Below, one piece after another: positions 29,438 to 40,073 of a stretch of 64,000 bases of DNA (positions are counted from its first letter, which is position 1; each line of letters opens with the position of its first letter). Source of the DNA: an uncultured Treponemataceae bacterium (lineage in GTDB: Bacteria > Spirochaetota > Spirochaetia > Treponematales > UBA12059). The stretch is from the NCBI GenBank assembly GCA_964485395.1, contig CAZAJF010000015.1, forward strand, positions 16,008 through 80,007, read 5' to 3'. A program made the position numbers and the translations under genes. Under the pieces are notes generated by a model that did no database searches, was not told the DNA's origin, and was given only the letters and a program-made list of their open reading frames with translations.

Positions 29438-30601
29438 ATGAAAAACATGAAAAAGCCGGTCTTTCCCGCCATTTTGGCGATCATCGCGATCACCGCCTTC
29501 GTCGGCTGCAAATACGGCACGGTTGGCATTTTCGAGAGCCTTGCCGGCGAAACCGCGATAAACAACGATATCTCCACCGGATTCAAGACTGCAACCCCGT
29601 CCTTCATGGCTTCCTTCAACGGCAGCTATTACGCGGGACTCGGTAAACTGTGGTCCAGAACCAAAGCCGCAGGATCGAAATGGGTCGAGGCGACGCCTCC
29701 GGGCACGGGCATTTACGCCGATTCGGGCGAGGCGGCAGGCAGCCTGCTCTACGTCTCCTTCCGGAACTTGGAAGGTGACCCCATCGGCGTATGGTCGTTG
29801 GATTCGACCTCGATTTGGGCGCGGGTCGACGAGAACTTCCCGGCATCCGGCTCGACGATCCAGAGAATCATGAAAGCAAATGATATTTTATTTACCACCT
29901 GCGCCAAGACCGACCCTATCACGCTGACTACTGCCTATTCGGTGTATCGCCTGAACGGATCCGCGTTCGATCCCATCGCGAGCCTTGCGAATCTCGCCAC
30001 CCGCCCGACCGATATGGTCTGGGACGGCCTTGAATTCCTGCTCGCGGCGGAAACAAAACTTTACGGCAGCGCGGACGGCGTAACCTTCACCGATAGATCG
30101 GTCCCCGCCTCCACGACGCTGACGAGCATCACGTACGACGCGGACCTTAAGCTCGTGGCTACGAGCAGCAACGGAATGCTCCATCAGTCCCTGGATTCCG
30201 GCGCCACCTGGGCCTCTTCCGCCGCCTTTACGAAAACCAGCGTCGCCTATTATCTGACGCAAGCCCTGATAGTTCCGTTCGGCACCTCAAAAAGGCTGCT
30301 GGTAGGTACGGACAGCAAATATCTGCCCGCGCTTACGGCAAGCGGAGGATACCTCGATTTCGATGCGAGCTCCGCAGCGATAGCCACGTGGGCAACCACC
30401 GAATCCGCCGCAAAAACGCCCATCTCAGACGCCATAAACTTCGATACATCCGTGGGCAACAACCCGGTCCCCAAGCTTTTCGTCTTTCAGGAAGCGGACG
30501 GGGTAATCAACCTCTTCGCTTGTACTGGCGGTCTGGGGCTATGGCTGAATACGTATTCCGGTTCTGCTTGGTCAAAATGGCAGCGTGAAAGCGACCAGTA
30601 A
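29438..30601 (+). CDS. Hypothetical lipoprotein, probably a beta-propeller
   Basis: AGGAG SD; lipobox FVG-C; BNR/Asp-box-like 'SADGVTF' and 'SLDSGATW'. Confidence 0.75.
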   Translation: MKNMKKPVFPAILAIIAITAFVGCKYGTVGIFESLAGETAINNDISTGFKTATPSFMASFNGSYYAGLGKLWSRTKAAGSKWVEATPPGTGIYADSGEAAGSLLYVSFRNLEGDPIGVWSLDSTSIWARVDENFPASGSTIQRIMKANDILFTTCAKTDPITLTTAYSVYRLNGSAFDPIASLANLATRPTDMVWDGLEFLLAAETKLYGSADGVTFTDRSVPASTTLTSITYDADLKLVATSSNGMLHQSLDSGATWASSAAFTKTSVAYYLTQALIVPFGTSKRLLVGTDSKYLPALTASGGYLDFDASSAAIATWATTESAAKTPISDAINFDTSVGNNPVPKLFVFQEADGVINLFACTGGLGLWLNTYSGSAWSKWQRESDQ

Positions 30602-32813
30602 TCAAGGGTCGCAAAACGCGTCCCTATTCTCCGCCGCCCAGGGCCTGACAGCAGACTCCTCTCCGCTCGCCGACCGCATGCGCCCGAAAACCCTCGACGA
30701 GTTCGTAGGCCAGGAGCACATCGTCGGCGAGGGATGCCTTTTACGCCGCGCCATCATGCGAGACAGGCTTTCGAGCATAATCCTGTCGGGCCCCCCGGGA
30801 ACCGGCAAGACGACCCTCGCGCGCGTAATCGCCAATACTACCCAGGCGCGCTTCGTCGCGCTCAACGCCGTGCTGGCGGGAGTGCAGGCCATTCGCGACG
30901 CCATCGAGTCGGCCCAGCGAGACAAGGAATTATACAGCAGAAAGACCATCCTCTTCGTGGACGAGGTACACCGCTGGAACAAGGCTCAACAGGACGCCCT
31001 GCTCCCTTGGGTGGAAAACGGAACGATCATCCTCATCGGCGCTACGACGGAAAATCCTTTCTTCGAAGTCAACAAGGCGCTCGTCTCGCGCTCGCGGGTG
31101 TTTCAGCTCAACTCACTGAACCAGGGCGACCTTTTGAAGGCGGCACGGTTCGCGCTGGCGGACAAGGAGCGCGGCTACGGAAAATGGACCGTGGCATTCG
31201 AGGAAGGCGCGCTGGAGCATTTGATCCACACCGCGAACGGGGACGCGCGCACCCTGCTCAACTCCCTTGAACTTGCGGTGGAGACGAGCTGCGAGCCTTG
31301 GCCTCCGGAAGCCGACTCCGTCATTTCCGTTTCGTTGAACGCGGCGGAACAAAGCATCCAGCGGCGCGCCGTGCTCTACGACAGGGACGGCGATTACCAC
31401 TACGACGCCGCGAGCGCGCTGATAAAAAGCATTCGGGGCTCCGACCCGGACGCCGCCCTGTACTGGCTCGCCAAGATGGTCTATTCGGGAGAGGATCCGC
31501 GCTTTCTTTTCCGGCGGCTGCTCATCAGCGCGGGGGAGGACATCGGGCTGGCCGACCCCGGCGCGATCGGCGTGACGCTGGCCTGCGCCCAGGCCTTCGA
31601 GCGCGTGGGAATGCCCGAGGGGCAGTATCACATAGCGGAGGCGGTTATATATTTATCCACCGCGCCGAAATCCAATTCCTGCGCCGCGTTCTACGAGGCT
31701 TTGGCGGCCGTGGAACGGGATCAGACCGAAGTGCCCAACCACCTCAAGGACGCCAACCGCGACGCGAAAGACCTGGGCCACGGCAAGGGGTACCAATACC
31801 CGCATGACTCCAAGGATCATTGGGTCGCGCAGCAATACCTGCCCGACCCGCTGCGGCTGACGTTTTTTTACAGACCCGGGTCACTGGGCTATGAGGCAAA
31901 AATCAAGGACTCCGTCGACCGCAGGCGCGACGCCCAAATAGCGGCATTCCATTCCGGATCCGAGGATCCGGGTACGGCTCCGCCGGAGCCGAAAACGAGC
32001 GCCGACGAAACCTCGAAATGGAAGCAGCGCACCGATGCGCTCGATACCGACGCCTACCAGGCTTTGGAGGAGGCGATCCTCGCATTCGCCGGTATCGCGC
32101 CCATGGACACCGTGCTCCTGCCCGCGGCGGACAGCGGGCTCCTCATACGCGGAAGCACGCTCGCGGCGAGCGACGGAGCAACGGCGGCCGTGCTGAAAAA
32201 CCCGCCGGACCTGGAACGGATGACGCTGCGGTTTTCGGGCACGGAATCATGCCGCGCTCCCAAGCTTATCCTTTCAAAAAGCCCTTCCTCGGATCTTGCC
32301 GCCGTCAAGGCCGCTCTCGACGGGCAGCCGCCCACCAAGATAATCTCGGTAGACAGCCTGAAGAAAAACCCGGAAGGCCTTAAATCCTTTCTCGCGGCCT
32401 TTCCGGACGCGCAGGCCATACTCGCGCAGCGGGTTCCGGCGGGAAAGGGACAGCTGCCCGCCTTTCTTTCCGCAGCCGTTTTGCCCGAAGCCGTTACTGC
32501 CTTTACCGTGGCCGACGCCGAGTTTTTCGATCTGGAGATAGCCGCGATAACGCAAGCCCTGTCTTCATCCCTGGGCGAGTCGGGAAGGACAAATATAGAA
32601 ACATTATATTTCAGTCACAAATCGGACCGGGTTCCGTCCAGCACGGAAACCGGCGCGTGGCTTTCGCCCGAATCCCGCTACGGGTCGTTCCTGGACGGAC
32701 GCCTGGGCCCTAAGCTGATGGGCCAAATCAGGGAAGGGCTTTTGCCGCCAGACGGCGAGAGGAGCGTTTCCTGGCCGCTCGGATGGATTCTAATGCGCGG
32801 GACGCGCGCGTAA
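30585..32813 (+). CDS. rarA: Replication-associated recombination protein RarA/MgsA with a long C-terminal extension
   Basis: 'PLADRMRP', GPPGTGKT, 'FVDEVHR', 'GATTENP', '[10 protein letters not shown]', 'VPNHLKD', 'QQYLP'. Confidence 0.93.
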   Translation: MKATSNQGSQNASLFSAAQGLTADSSPLADRMRPKTLDEFVGQEHIVGEGCLLRRAIMRDRLSSIILSGPPGTGKTTLARVIANTTQARFVALNAVLAGVQAIRDAIESAQRDKELYSRKTILFVDEVHRWNKAQQDALLPWVENGTIILIGATTENPFFEVNKALVSRSRVFQLNSLNQGDLLKAARFALADKERGYGKWTVAFEEGALEHLIHTANGDARTLLNSLELAVETSCEPWPPEADSVISVSLNAAEQSIQRRAVLYDRDGDYHYDAASALIKSIRGSDPDAALYWLAKMVYSGEDPRFLFRRLLISAGEDIGLADPGAIGVTLACAQAFERVGMPEGQYHIAEAVIYLSTAPKSNSCAAFYEALAAVERDQTEVPNHLKDANRDAKDLGHGKGYQYPHDSKDHWVAQQYLPDPLRLTFFYRPGSLGYEAKIKDSVDRRRDAQIAAFHSGSEDPGTAPPEPKTSADETSKWKQRTDALDTDAYQALEEAILAFAGIAPMDTVLLPAADSGLLIRGSTLAASDGATAAVLKNPPDLERMTLRFSGTESCRAPKLILSKSPSSDLAAVKAALDGQPPTKIISVDSLKKNPEGLKSFLAAFPDAQAILAQRVPAGKGQLPAFLSAAVLPEAVTAFTVADAEFFDLEIAAITQALSSSLGESGRTNIETLYFSHKSDRVPSSTETGAWLSPESRYGSFLDGRLGPKLMGQIREGLLPPDGERSVSWPLGWILMRGTRA

Positions 32814-32814
32814 C

Positions 32815-33687
32815 GTGGGTATCCGTCTCCTTTACGGCCTTAAGACCACCGATCAAGGCTATTTGGACGTTTTCTACCCGTCAAGGAGGCTGAAGGAAGA
32901 AGCACGGAAAGCCAACCTCGACTATCAGGCGCTCATCGTTCCCGCCAAGATGGAAACCGGGGGCATAACGGAATTTTGCCGTGGACACGTCGTAGTGCTA
33001 CGCGGGGAAATGGATACCGATTATTACGCCACCCTTCTGGAAATGGGCTGCAGGATAATAAACCCGCTTCAAGCGGTACTGCTGGCGCGGGATAAACTCG
33101 AGTCGGCCCATTTTTTCCGTAAAGAAGGATTCTCCCACCCGAAAACCGTCGCCATGATCAGGGGTGGCGAGCCGCCAATGGAGTTCCCCTTCATCGTAAA
33201 GCCTCGCTTCGGAAAAATGGGCATCGGGGTGGCGCTCATCAAGGATGCGGAAGAATACCGCGCCTATGGGCATCCCGGGGACATTTTAGCCCAGGAATAC
33301 GTGCGCGAAAGCACCGGGAGGGACGTACGCTTCTTTTTCGCGTCGTTTTCAGAACGTGATAAAAAATTTATAAATCGGCATCCCCGGATGCCGGGAACCG
33401 CCTCGGCATGCGTCCGGCGCGAAAGCGGAGGCTTGCTGTCCAACGTGCACTCCGGCGCGATCACTTACCCGTTCGAGCCGTGCGAAAAACTGCTCAGCGC
33501 TGCGGAGGCTATCTTCGAGAGATCCGGCCTCGTCTACGGCACCGTTGATTTTCTTTTCGGCAAGGACGATACTTTCCCGGTATGCGAGATAAACAGCTGC
33601 CCGGGCTTCGAGGGGCTGGAAACCGCGACGGGAATCAACGCGGCGGCCGCGATACTGGAAACCGCCGACAGAATGGAGCGATACTGA
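32815..33687 (+). CDS. RimK-family ATP-grasp ligase
   Basis: 'ARDK', 'PFIVKPRFGKMGIGV', 'AQEYV...GRDVR', 'SNVHSG', 'VDFL', 'CEINSCPGF'. Confidence 0.85.
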   Translation: MGIRLLYGLKTTDQGYLDVFYPSRRLKEEARKANLDYQALIVPAKMETGGITEFCRGHVVVLRGEMDTDYYATLLEMGCRIINPLQAVLLARDKLESAHFFRKEGFSHPKTVAMIRGGEPPMEFPFIVKPRFGKMGIGVALIKDAEEYRAYGHPGDILAQEYVRESTGRDVRFFFASFSERDKKFINRHPRMPGTASACVRRESGGLLSNVHSGAITYPFEPCEKLLSAAEAIFERSGLVYGTVDFLFGKDDTFPVCEINSCPGFEGLETATGINAAAAILETADRMERY

Positions 33688-33688
33688 G

Positions 33689-35008
33689 ATGTTGACTTTC
33701 AACTCGGCCGACGAAGTGTATGCCTTCTTGAACCAGTTCCTGAACTTCGAGCGGAAAATAGACCCCGTGGAGTACAGGCTGGATCGCATGCACGCCTTGA
33801 AAAAACTGTACGGAGCGCCCGACGAAGCTTTCGCCATCATCCACGTCGCCGGCAGCAAGGGCAAAGGCTCCACCTCGACGATGCTGGCCCGGATAGCGCA
33901 GGAGAAAAAAAACGGAGTAGGGCTCTATACGTCGCCGCACCTGCTCCATTTTACCGAGCGAATCGTCATCGACGGCAAACCGGTTTGCGACGAGGTGCTC
34001 CTGGCAAGCGCGGCCGAACTCGCGGGCGGCATGGTTTCCAAAAAGCCCGAAGATTTCCCCGGCGGCGAAACGCCTACGTACTTCGAGCTGCTAACGATGC
34101 TCGCGTTCCTCTGCTTCAGGCGCGCCGGCTGCTGGATAGCCGTAATCGAGGTGGGGCTCGGAGGCCGGCTCGACTCCACGAATATAATCACGCCCATCGC
34201 TTCGGTTATAACCCCCATAGAGCTCGAGCACACGGAAATCCTCGGCGACACGATTGAGAAGATAGCCTCGGAAAAGGCCGGCATCATCAAGCCCGGCATT
34301 CCGGTATTCGTGAATTCGGTAAAGGAAGACGCCACCGCCGTCTTCAGGAAGAAGGCGCAGGAACTGGGCGCGCCTTTGTTCCTCGCATCCGAGGAAATGG
34401 AAATATCCGACATCTCGGTCTCAGCCGAAGGCACGAAGTTCACGGGTATATGGAAAAAAAACACTCAAAGCGGGCGTAAAAAAACATTCGCAATTCCGAT
34501 GATCGGAAAGGTCCAGGCCCAAAACGCTGCCCTGGCGGCGATCGCCGCGGGGGCTCTCGGCTATTCGGAGGCGCAGATAGACGCGGGCCTGGCCAAGGCG
34601 CGCCTGCGAGCCCGCTTCGAGATAATGCCGCTCTCGCCGGCCATGGTCCTGGACGGCGCGCATACGCCGGATTCCGCGCGGGCGTGCGCCCAGGATTTCG
34701 CGGCTATCTTCCCCGGAGGCGGCATCCTCCTGTTCGGCTGCGCCAAAGATAAGAATCCCGAGGCGATGGCCCTGGAGCTTGGCGCGCAATTTACTGAAGT
34801 TTTCGTAACAAAACCGGGGACCTTCAAGGAAAGCGAGCCTGCGGCGATCGAGGCCGCCTTTCTGCAAAGAGGCTTTTCCGTGGAAAGAATCGACGATACG
34901 AAGGACGCGATACGCAAGGCGCGGGCCCGCTCGATCGAGAAAAACCTGCCGCTGCTCGTGTGCGGATCGTTTTACCTATGCGCCGAGGCGGCGGCCCTTT
35001 TTCCGTAA
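33689..35008 (+). CDS. folC: Folylpolyglutamate/dihydrofolate synthase
   Basis: 'IHVAGSKGKGST', 'YTSPHL', 'EVGLGGRLDSTN', 'EKAGIIK', 'LDGAHT', 'CGSFYL'. Confidence 0.95.
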   Translation: MLTFNSADEVYAFLNQFLNFERKIDPVEYRLDRMHALKKLYGAPDEAFAIIHVAGSKGKGSTSTMLARIAQEKKNGVGLYTSPHLLHFTERIVIDGKPVCDEVLLASAAELAGGMVSKKPEDFPGGETPTYFELLTMLAFLCFRRAGCWIAVIEVGLGGRLDSTNIITPIASVITPIELEHTEILGDTIEKIASEKAGIIKPGIPVFVNSVKEDATAVFRKKAQELGAPLFLASEEMEISDISVSAEGTKFTGIWKKNTQSGRKKTFAIPMIGKVQAQNAALAAIAAGALGYSEAQIDAGLAKARLRARFEIMPLSPAMVLDGAHTPDSARACAQDFAAIFPGGGILLFGCAKDKNPEAMALELGAQFTEVFVTKPGTFKESEPAAIEAAFLQRGFSVERIDDTKDAIRKARARSIEKNLPLLVCGSFYLCAEAAALFP

Positions 35009-35012
35009 GGCC

Positions 35013-36572
35013 TCAGAAACGGAACAAGGCGATTATGCTCTGACCGAGCCCCATGAGGCCTCCCAGCAGCGCGCCGAACCAGGTAACGGCCTTCAATTCC
35101 TTGTCCATCACCCTCAAGATAATATCCTCGATTGCATACATGTCCAGTTCGTTGATGCGGTCGCGGACGAGATTCCTCACATCCACGGACTTGAGTATTC
35201 GCGCGCTCTGGTCTGCCGCGATATCGGAAAGCGCCGTAGCCAGCACCGCTGAAAGCTCCTCTATCCGCTCCTCGGTTATGCCCATTATGGAGCCGATGGA
35301 GGACTTGGTGGCATATTCGGAAAAAGTCTTGAGGAACAGGCCGAGTATCCTGCCGGCGGCCTTGGAGGAGTCGGCCTTCGGCTGGCACAGGCCGGAAATA
35401 AAGCCGACGGCGCTGGAGACGAGCGTATCCGATAGCCCGGGGAAAACGGCCAGGACGTCGCCGGCCTTGTTGTCGGCCATGGCGTTCCTGACGGAAAAGC
35501 GCAGACCTTCCGAGGAAAGCCCGGCAAGGACCGCGTTGACCGACGAGCGCCCCTGCAGCCTCAGTTTCTCCATCGCGGCTTCCGAGGAAAAAGAGGAATA
35601 CTCCCGCAGCGGCTTGTCCATGGCGGCCAGGACGGAATCGCGCAGATACTGCCGCAGGACGGAGGCCGTCTCGGGGTTAAGAAAATATTTATGCAGGGCA
35701 TCGACGGAATCGGCGATGGTGGCCGGCATGTTTTCGATAATGTTTTTTTCGTATCCGCCGATGCCGATGAAAAACCTCTGGACCGAGTTCATGCGTTCCA
35801 TCGTCTTGCGGATCACGACGGCGCCCGCTTTTTCCAGGCTGGACCTGATTTTCTTCTGATTGAGGATCGCGGTCGTCTGGCTGACGAAAAAAGGCCAGAC
35901 CATGTCGAAGACGCCGTCGACGAATCGCGCGATGTCGGCAGGCTTGAAGAAATCCGAGGGGCTCTTGCCGTCCTCAACGGCCTTGACGAGCTGCCCGATG
36001 AAAAATCCCGTAAGGGATGCCGAGAACGCGTCCCGCTCGGTTTCGTCCTCGAATTTCCCGGAGACGGAAGCCCAGAACGAATCACCGAAAACGTCGGCCA
36101 GGCGGATATTGTAGAGCTCCTGCAAAGCCGCGGAAAGCGAAGCCTGGGCGGCGAAATTAAACGCCTCGGATTTTGCCAGGGATTCGAGGGATTGAGAAAA
36201 AACGCGGGAGACCAGGAGCGTCAACTCGGGACGGATGGAAGTGCCTATCTCCCCGAGGGTGGAAGCGGAAAGGGTCGTGCCCGCCTCGAAGAGAGCCTGC
36301 TTCAAGCCTTGGCGGAATTCATCGGATTTTATCCTGCTTACCAAAACTTCCTCGGTCAGCAAATCTCCGGCAACGGTGTCGCCGATGGACTCAGCCATCC
36401 GGAAACGTTCCCGGGGGAGGATTCCTGGGGTGAACGGCACACGGATGCCCAGGATTCGAACTTCTTTCATAGGCCTGAAAAGCATTTTAATGGCCAGCCA
36501 GTTGGTAAACAATCCGATGACCGCACCGAATACGGGCGGTAAAATATAGACGAACAGAATTTCCTTGTTCAC
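35013..36572 (-). CDS. DUF445-family membrane protein
   Basis: 'GAVIGLFTNWLAIKMLFRP', 'FTPGILP', C-terminal 'ELKAVTWFGALLGGLMG'. Confidence 0.88.
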   Translation of the reverse strand: MNKEILFVYILPPVFGAVIGLFTNWLAIKMLFRPMKEVRILGIRVPFTPGILPRERFRMAESIGDTVAGDLLTEEVLVSRIKSDEFRQGLKQALFEAGTTLSASTLGEIGTSIRPELTLLVSRVFSQSLESLAKSEAFNFAAQASLSAALQELYNIRLADVFGDSFWASVSGKFEDETERDAFSASLTGFFIGQLVKAVEDGKSPSDFFKPADIARFVDGVFDMVWPFFVSQTTAILNQKKIRSSLEKAGAVVIRKTMERMNSVQRFFIGIGGYEKNIIENMPATIADSVDALHKYFLNPETASVLRQYLRDSVLAAMDKPLREYSSFSSEAAMEKLRLQGRSSVNAVLAGLSSEGLRFSVRNAMADNKAGDVLAVFPGLSDTLVSSAVGFISGLCQPKADSSKAAGRILGLFLKTFSEYATKSSIGSIMGITEERIEELSAVLATALSDIAADQSARILKSVDVRNLVRDRINELDMYAIEDIILRVMDKELKAVTWFGALLGGLMGLGQSIIALFRF

Positions 36573-36928
36573 TCCAGAACCTCTTGCGCCTTCAAAGCCC
36601 GTACTTTTGAATCATACAACTGCACAGACGACTCATGGATCCAGCCGAGGCCTTCCGGCGTTTTTATTCGATACCAGACACCGGTATCGGGCGATTTATA
36701 TTTTCGAGCCCTGCCGATCACCTCTACGATGTCCTTTCTGCGGGCGAATCCGAAATCTTCGCTGCCGTAGGAGGCCTCCGTCTTGAGTCGGACCCACGAA
36801 ACGGTAACGAGAATCCAACCGATTCCCTTTGAGATAACCGGCGTGGGATCGAGCCGCACATCCTTATAATTGACTTGGCCGCAGGATACGAGGAGCACAA
36901 CGAGAGCCAAGAAGAAAGACCTTTTCAT
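36569..36928 (-). CDS. SH3-domain lipoprotein
   Basis: Lipobox LVS-C; 'WYRIKTPEGLGWI'. Confidence 0.75.
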   Translation of the reverse strand: MKRSFFLALVVLLVSCGQVNYKDVRLDPTPVISKGIGWILVTVSWVRLKTEASYGSEDFGFARRKDIVEVIGRARKYKSPDTGVWYRIKTPEGLGWIHESSVQLYDSKVRALKAQEVLE

Positions 36929-36998
36929 ACATCCTCTTTCCAAAAAAGATTCAAACGCTTGAATTTATACTAAATTTGAGGCATCTTCAAGTAAGACC

Positions 36999-37661
36999 AT
37001 GAATAAACACGGACTACTCGCAGCAGCTTTCTTCCTCCTGGGATTCGGTTACTCGGCCTTGGCGCAGACATCCGGTTCGGAAACGCCAGATACAAAAGTA
37101 ACGCTTACAAAAGAGTATCGGCAACTGCCTTTGCACTACAATTCTGGATATTTACCGGAACTGAGCGCGATCAACGCACTTTTTCTAACCAAAGAACCAG
37201 GATACGACGGAAACGTGCAATTATTTTCCGGCATATCGATAAAAAACACCTTTGGTCGATCCTTTGGAATCTATATGGAAGCCAGCCTCGGAAAAATGCT
37301 CCCGTCGGCGTTCTCAAATTCCTATTTCAGGTACCGGGGCTTTGACGCCGTATCGATCGGAGCCGGTCCGTTCGTCGATCTGTCCGCGTATTCGGGGGTT
37401 CCGTGGAATCTCCAGGTTGGAATCTCGGGCGGGATGGCGTTCGGCTACTACCGCGAGACGAGTGCCCTGTTCTTTTTTCCGCTCGTGGAGCCTTCGTGCA
37501 CGATCCACAAAAGCAGCCCAAAAATGCGGCTGATTTTTTCCGGTAGCGCCTCGATTCCGTTCTACCTCAAGCCTCAGGCGCTCTCAATAGGCTTGGGATT
37601 GCGCTTCGGCATCGGTTTCATGCCTTTCGTGCGAACGACGGCTTCGGGAGATTTGCCATGA
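36999..37661 (+). CDS. Exported, putative outer-membrane beta-barrel protein
   Basis: Signal peptide; Gly/aromatic alternating strands; 'SIGLGLRFGIGF' near the C-terminus. Confidence 0.6.
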   Translation: MNKHGLLAAAFFLLGFGYSALAQTSGSETPDTKVTLTKEYRQLPLHYNSGYLPELSAINALFLTKEPGYDGNVQLFSGISIKNTFGRSFGIYMEASLGKMLPSAFSNSYFRYRGFDAVSIGAGPFVDLSAYSGVPWNLQVGISGGMAFGYYRETSALFFFPLVEPSCTIHKSSPKMRLIFSGSASIPFYLKPQALSIGLGLRFGIGFMPFVRTTASGDLP

Positions 37662-38572
37662 AAAAAACATCGATACCGCTGGCACTGTTCGCGTTGGCGT
37701 TTATTTCCTGCGCGCCCATCACCGGTCCAAAGGGAACAGCCATAATTTTCGGGGTGGCGCGGTATGTTCCCTCGCTGCCCGCAACCACCTTCCCCAATCT
37801 TTCGCTTACCGACGACGACGCGCGCTCCATGGCCGCAATCCTCGAAAGCCAAGGCTGGACCGTGCAGCTTTTCCTGGATGCAGAGGCAACCAAGGCGAAT
37901 CTGGAAACGGCCTTGGGCTCCTTGGCCAATACGGAAGCGCCGGTGCTGTTCTATTATTCCGGGCACGGCACCTACATGGAGAATCTCGCGAACATATTAA
38001 CATTTTATATCTGTACCTACGGAAGCGTGACGAGCCCCGAAACCCTGGACGTCACCATGATGACCAGCCCGGCCGAAATAAACGCCATGTTTAAGGACAA
38101 TAACATCAGGGGAGGAATCGCCATCCTGGACAGCTGCAATTCAGGCGGCTTCGTAGCCGCCGACGGCACGGCAAGCGGGCTGCCCGACGATTACACACCC
38201 GGAAGCGCGGATCTGAACGGCGACGGAATCGGCGACAACGACATCCTGTCGGTCAAGGGCCTGCTCAGCCCGGCCATCAAGGCTTACGCGGACTATTCGC
38301 AGGTAGACGGAGCGCTTTTCATCTCCGCCGCCGGCGCTCAGGAAGAATCCTGGGAAAGCTCCTCGCTGGGGCATGGAATATTCACGTACTTCCTCCTGGA
38401 ATCGGCGAAAAGCGGCGACGTCGACGGCGATGGATTCGTCTCAACCCTCGAGGCGTTCAACTACGCTACGAGAAAAATCGATGAAACCTGGAACGCCTCG
38501 TCCGCGGAACCCTACCTGCCCCACTATTCAGGCGAGCCCCGCGATTATATCCTGTTTAAAACCGTCAAATAA
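37658..38572 (+). CDS. Caspase-family (peptidase C14) lipoprotein
   Basis: Lipobox FIS-C; catalytic 'YYSGHG' and 'ILDSCNSGG'; 'HGIFTYFLL'. Confidence 0.9.
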   Translation: MKKTSIPLALFALAFISCAPITGPKGTAIIFGVARYVPSLPATTFPNLSLTDDDARSMAAILESQGWTVQLFLDAEATKANLETALGSLANTEAPVLFYYSGHGTYMENLANILTFYICTYGSVTSPETLDVTMMTSPAEINAMFKDNNIRGGIAILDSCNSGGFVAADGTASGLPDDYTPGSADLNGDGIGDNDILSVKGLLSPAIKAYADYSQVDGALFISAAGAQEESWESSSLGHGIFTYFLLESAKSGDVDGDGFVSTLEAFNYATRKIDETWNASSAEPYLPHYSGEPRDYILFKTVK

Positions 38573-38679
38573 TCACAGGGCAAGCAAGAGTGCTTCGCCC
38601 GCTCCCTTTGACCAGCAAGCCCTAAAAATGGTATTAATGAACAGTCGAACATGACCGGCGGGCTACGCGAGGAGTTTTC

Positions 38680-40068
38680 ATGAAAGATATCAAGACCATT
38701 TTGCGGGAAAAAGCCGTAGGCGCCTCCATAACCGTTAAAGGCTGGGTACGCACCAAGCGCGATACCAAAAACGCAATTTTCGTCGAGTTGAACGACGGTT
38801 CCTGCTTCTCCAATATTCAGTGCGTGTTCGACAACAATACTTTTACGGATACCGTCAAAGCCGCCTTGATCAAGCTGAGTACCGGTTGCTCGGCGGCGAT
38901 TACGGGTGAAGTCGTGGCCTCTCCCGCCGCCGGCCAGCCCATCGAGATAAAAGCTTCCGATATCCGCATCATCGGCGAGGCACCGGTGGAAAGCTACCCG
39001 CTGCAAAAAAAAGCGCACTCGCTGGAATTCCTCCGCGAGATAGCGCACCTCCGCCCGCGTACCAACACCTTCGGCGCCGTGGCCCGCATGCGCAACCAGA
39101 TGGCCTTCGCGGTGCACAGCTTCTTCCAGGAGCGCGGCTTCAACTACGTGCATACCCCCATCATCACCGCCAGCGACTGCGAAGGCGCAGGAGAAATGTT
39201 CCAGGTGACCACCCTGGACATGGCCGCGATAGCCAAGAACGGCGGCCCGGTGGATTACTCCAAGGACTTTTTCGGCAAACCGTCGTTCCTCTCCGTCTCT
39301 GGCCAGCTGAACGTGGAAACCTACTGCATGGCCTTGAGCAAGGTGTACACCTTCGGACCCACGTTCCGCGCGGAAAATTCCAACACGACCAGGCACCTCG
39401 CCGAGTTCTGGATGATAGAGCCGGAAATAGCGTTCGCAGAGCTGGAAGACAACATGGCCCTGGCCGAGGATTTCATTAAATACCTGCTTTCGTGGGCTTT
39501 GGATAAATGCGGAGAGGACCTCGAGTTCTTCGACAAGCGCATACAGCCCGGCCTCATCGGCATGCTGGACGGCGTCCGTTCCTCCAAGTTTACGCACATG
39601 ACCTACACCGACGCGGTAAAGGAACTGGAGTCGCACAAGGACGCGTTCGAGTTCAAGCCCTACTGGGGCTGCGACCTTCAGACCGAGCATGAGCGCTACC
39701 TGTCCGAGACCATCGTGAAGGGCCCGGTAATAGTCACTGACTACCCCAAGGAAATAAAGGCGTTTTACATGCGCCTCAATGAGGACGAGAAAACCGTGCG
39801 CGCCATGGACGTGCTCGTTCCGCGCATCGGCGAGATAATCGGCGGTTCGGAACGCGAGTTCCGCCACGACGTGCTTCTCTCGAGGATACGCGCGCTGGGC
39901 TTGGACGAGGCCGCCTACTGGTGGTACCTGGACCTGCGCCGCTTCGGCACCGCGCCGCACGCGGGATTCGGGCTTGGTTTCGAGCGATTATTGCGCTATG
40001 TTACCGGTATGGAGAACATCCGCGACGTCATCCCCTTCCCGAGGGCCGTCAAGCAAGCGGAGTTTTAA
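38680..40068 (+). CDS. asnS: Asparagine--tRNA ligase
   Basis: 'GWVRTKR', 'LNDGS', 'HLRPRTN', '[17 protein letters not shown]', 'GFGLGFER'. Confidence 0.98.
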   Translation: MKDIKTILREKAVGASITVKGWVRTKRDTKNAIFVELNDGSCFSNIQCVFDNNTFTDTVKAALIKLSTGCSAAITGEVVASPAAGQPIEIKASDIRIIGEAPVESYPLQKKAHSLEFLREIAHLRPRTNTFGAVARMRNQMAFAVHSFFQERGFNYVHTPIITASDCEGAGEMFQVTTLDMAAIAKNGGPVDYSKDFFGKPSFLSVSGQLNVETYCMALSKVYTFGPTFRAENSNTTRHLAEFWMIEPEIAFAELEDNMALAEDFIKYLLSWALDKCGEDLEFFDKRIQPGLIGMLDGVRSSKFTHMTYTDAVKELESHKDAFEFKPYWGCDLQTEHERYLSETIVKGPVIVTDYPKEIKAFYMRLNEDEKTVRAMDVLVPRIGEIIGGSEREFRHDVLLSRIRALGLDEAAYWWYLDLRRFGTAPHAGFGLGFERLLRYVTGMENIRDVIPFPRAVKQAEF

Positions 40069-40073
40069 TCACC

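Noticed and set aside
36947-36991. Short inverted repeats (ATTCAA-ACGC-TTGAAT) as another copy of the palindrome family
   Set aside because: Only 6-bp arms match and the core is missing; could be chance in an AT-rich promoter region
38545-39960. 471-aa antisense ORF over asnS (likewise 15714-17258, 20828-21955, 53923-54942, 4230-5279)
   Set aside because: Shadow frames produced by the codon bias of well-supported genes on the opposite strand; no recognisable motifs
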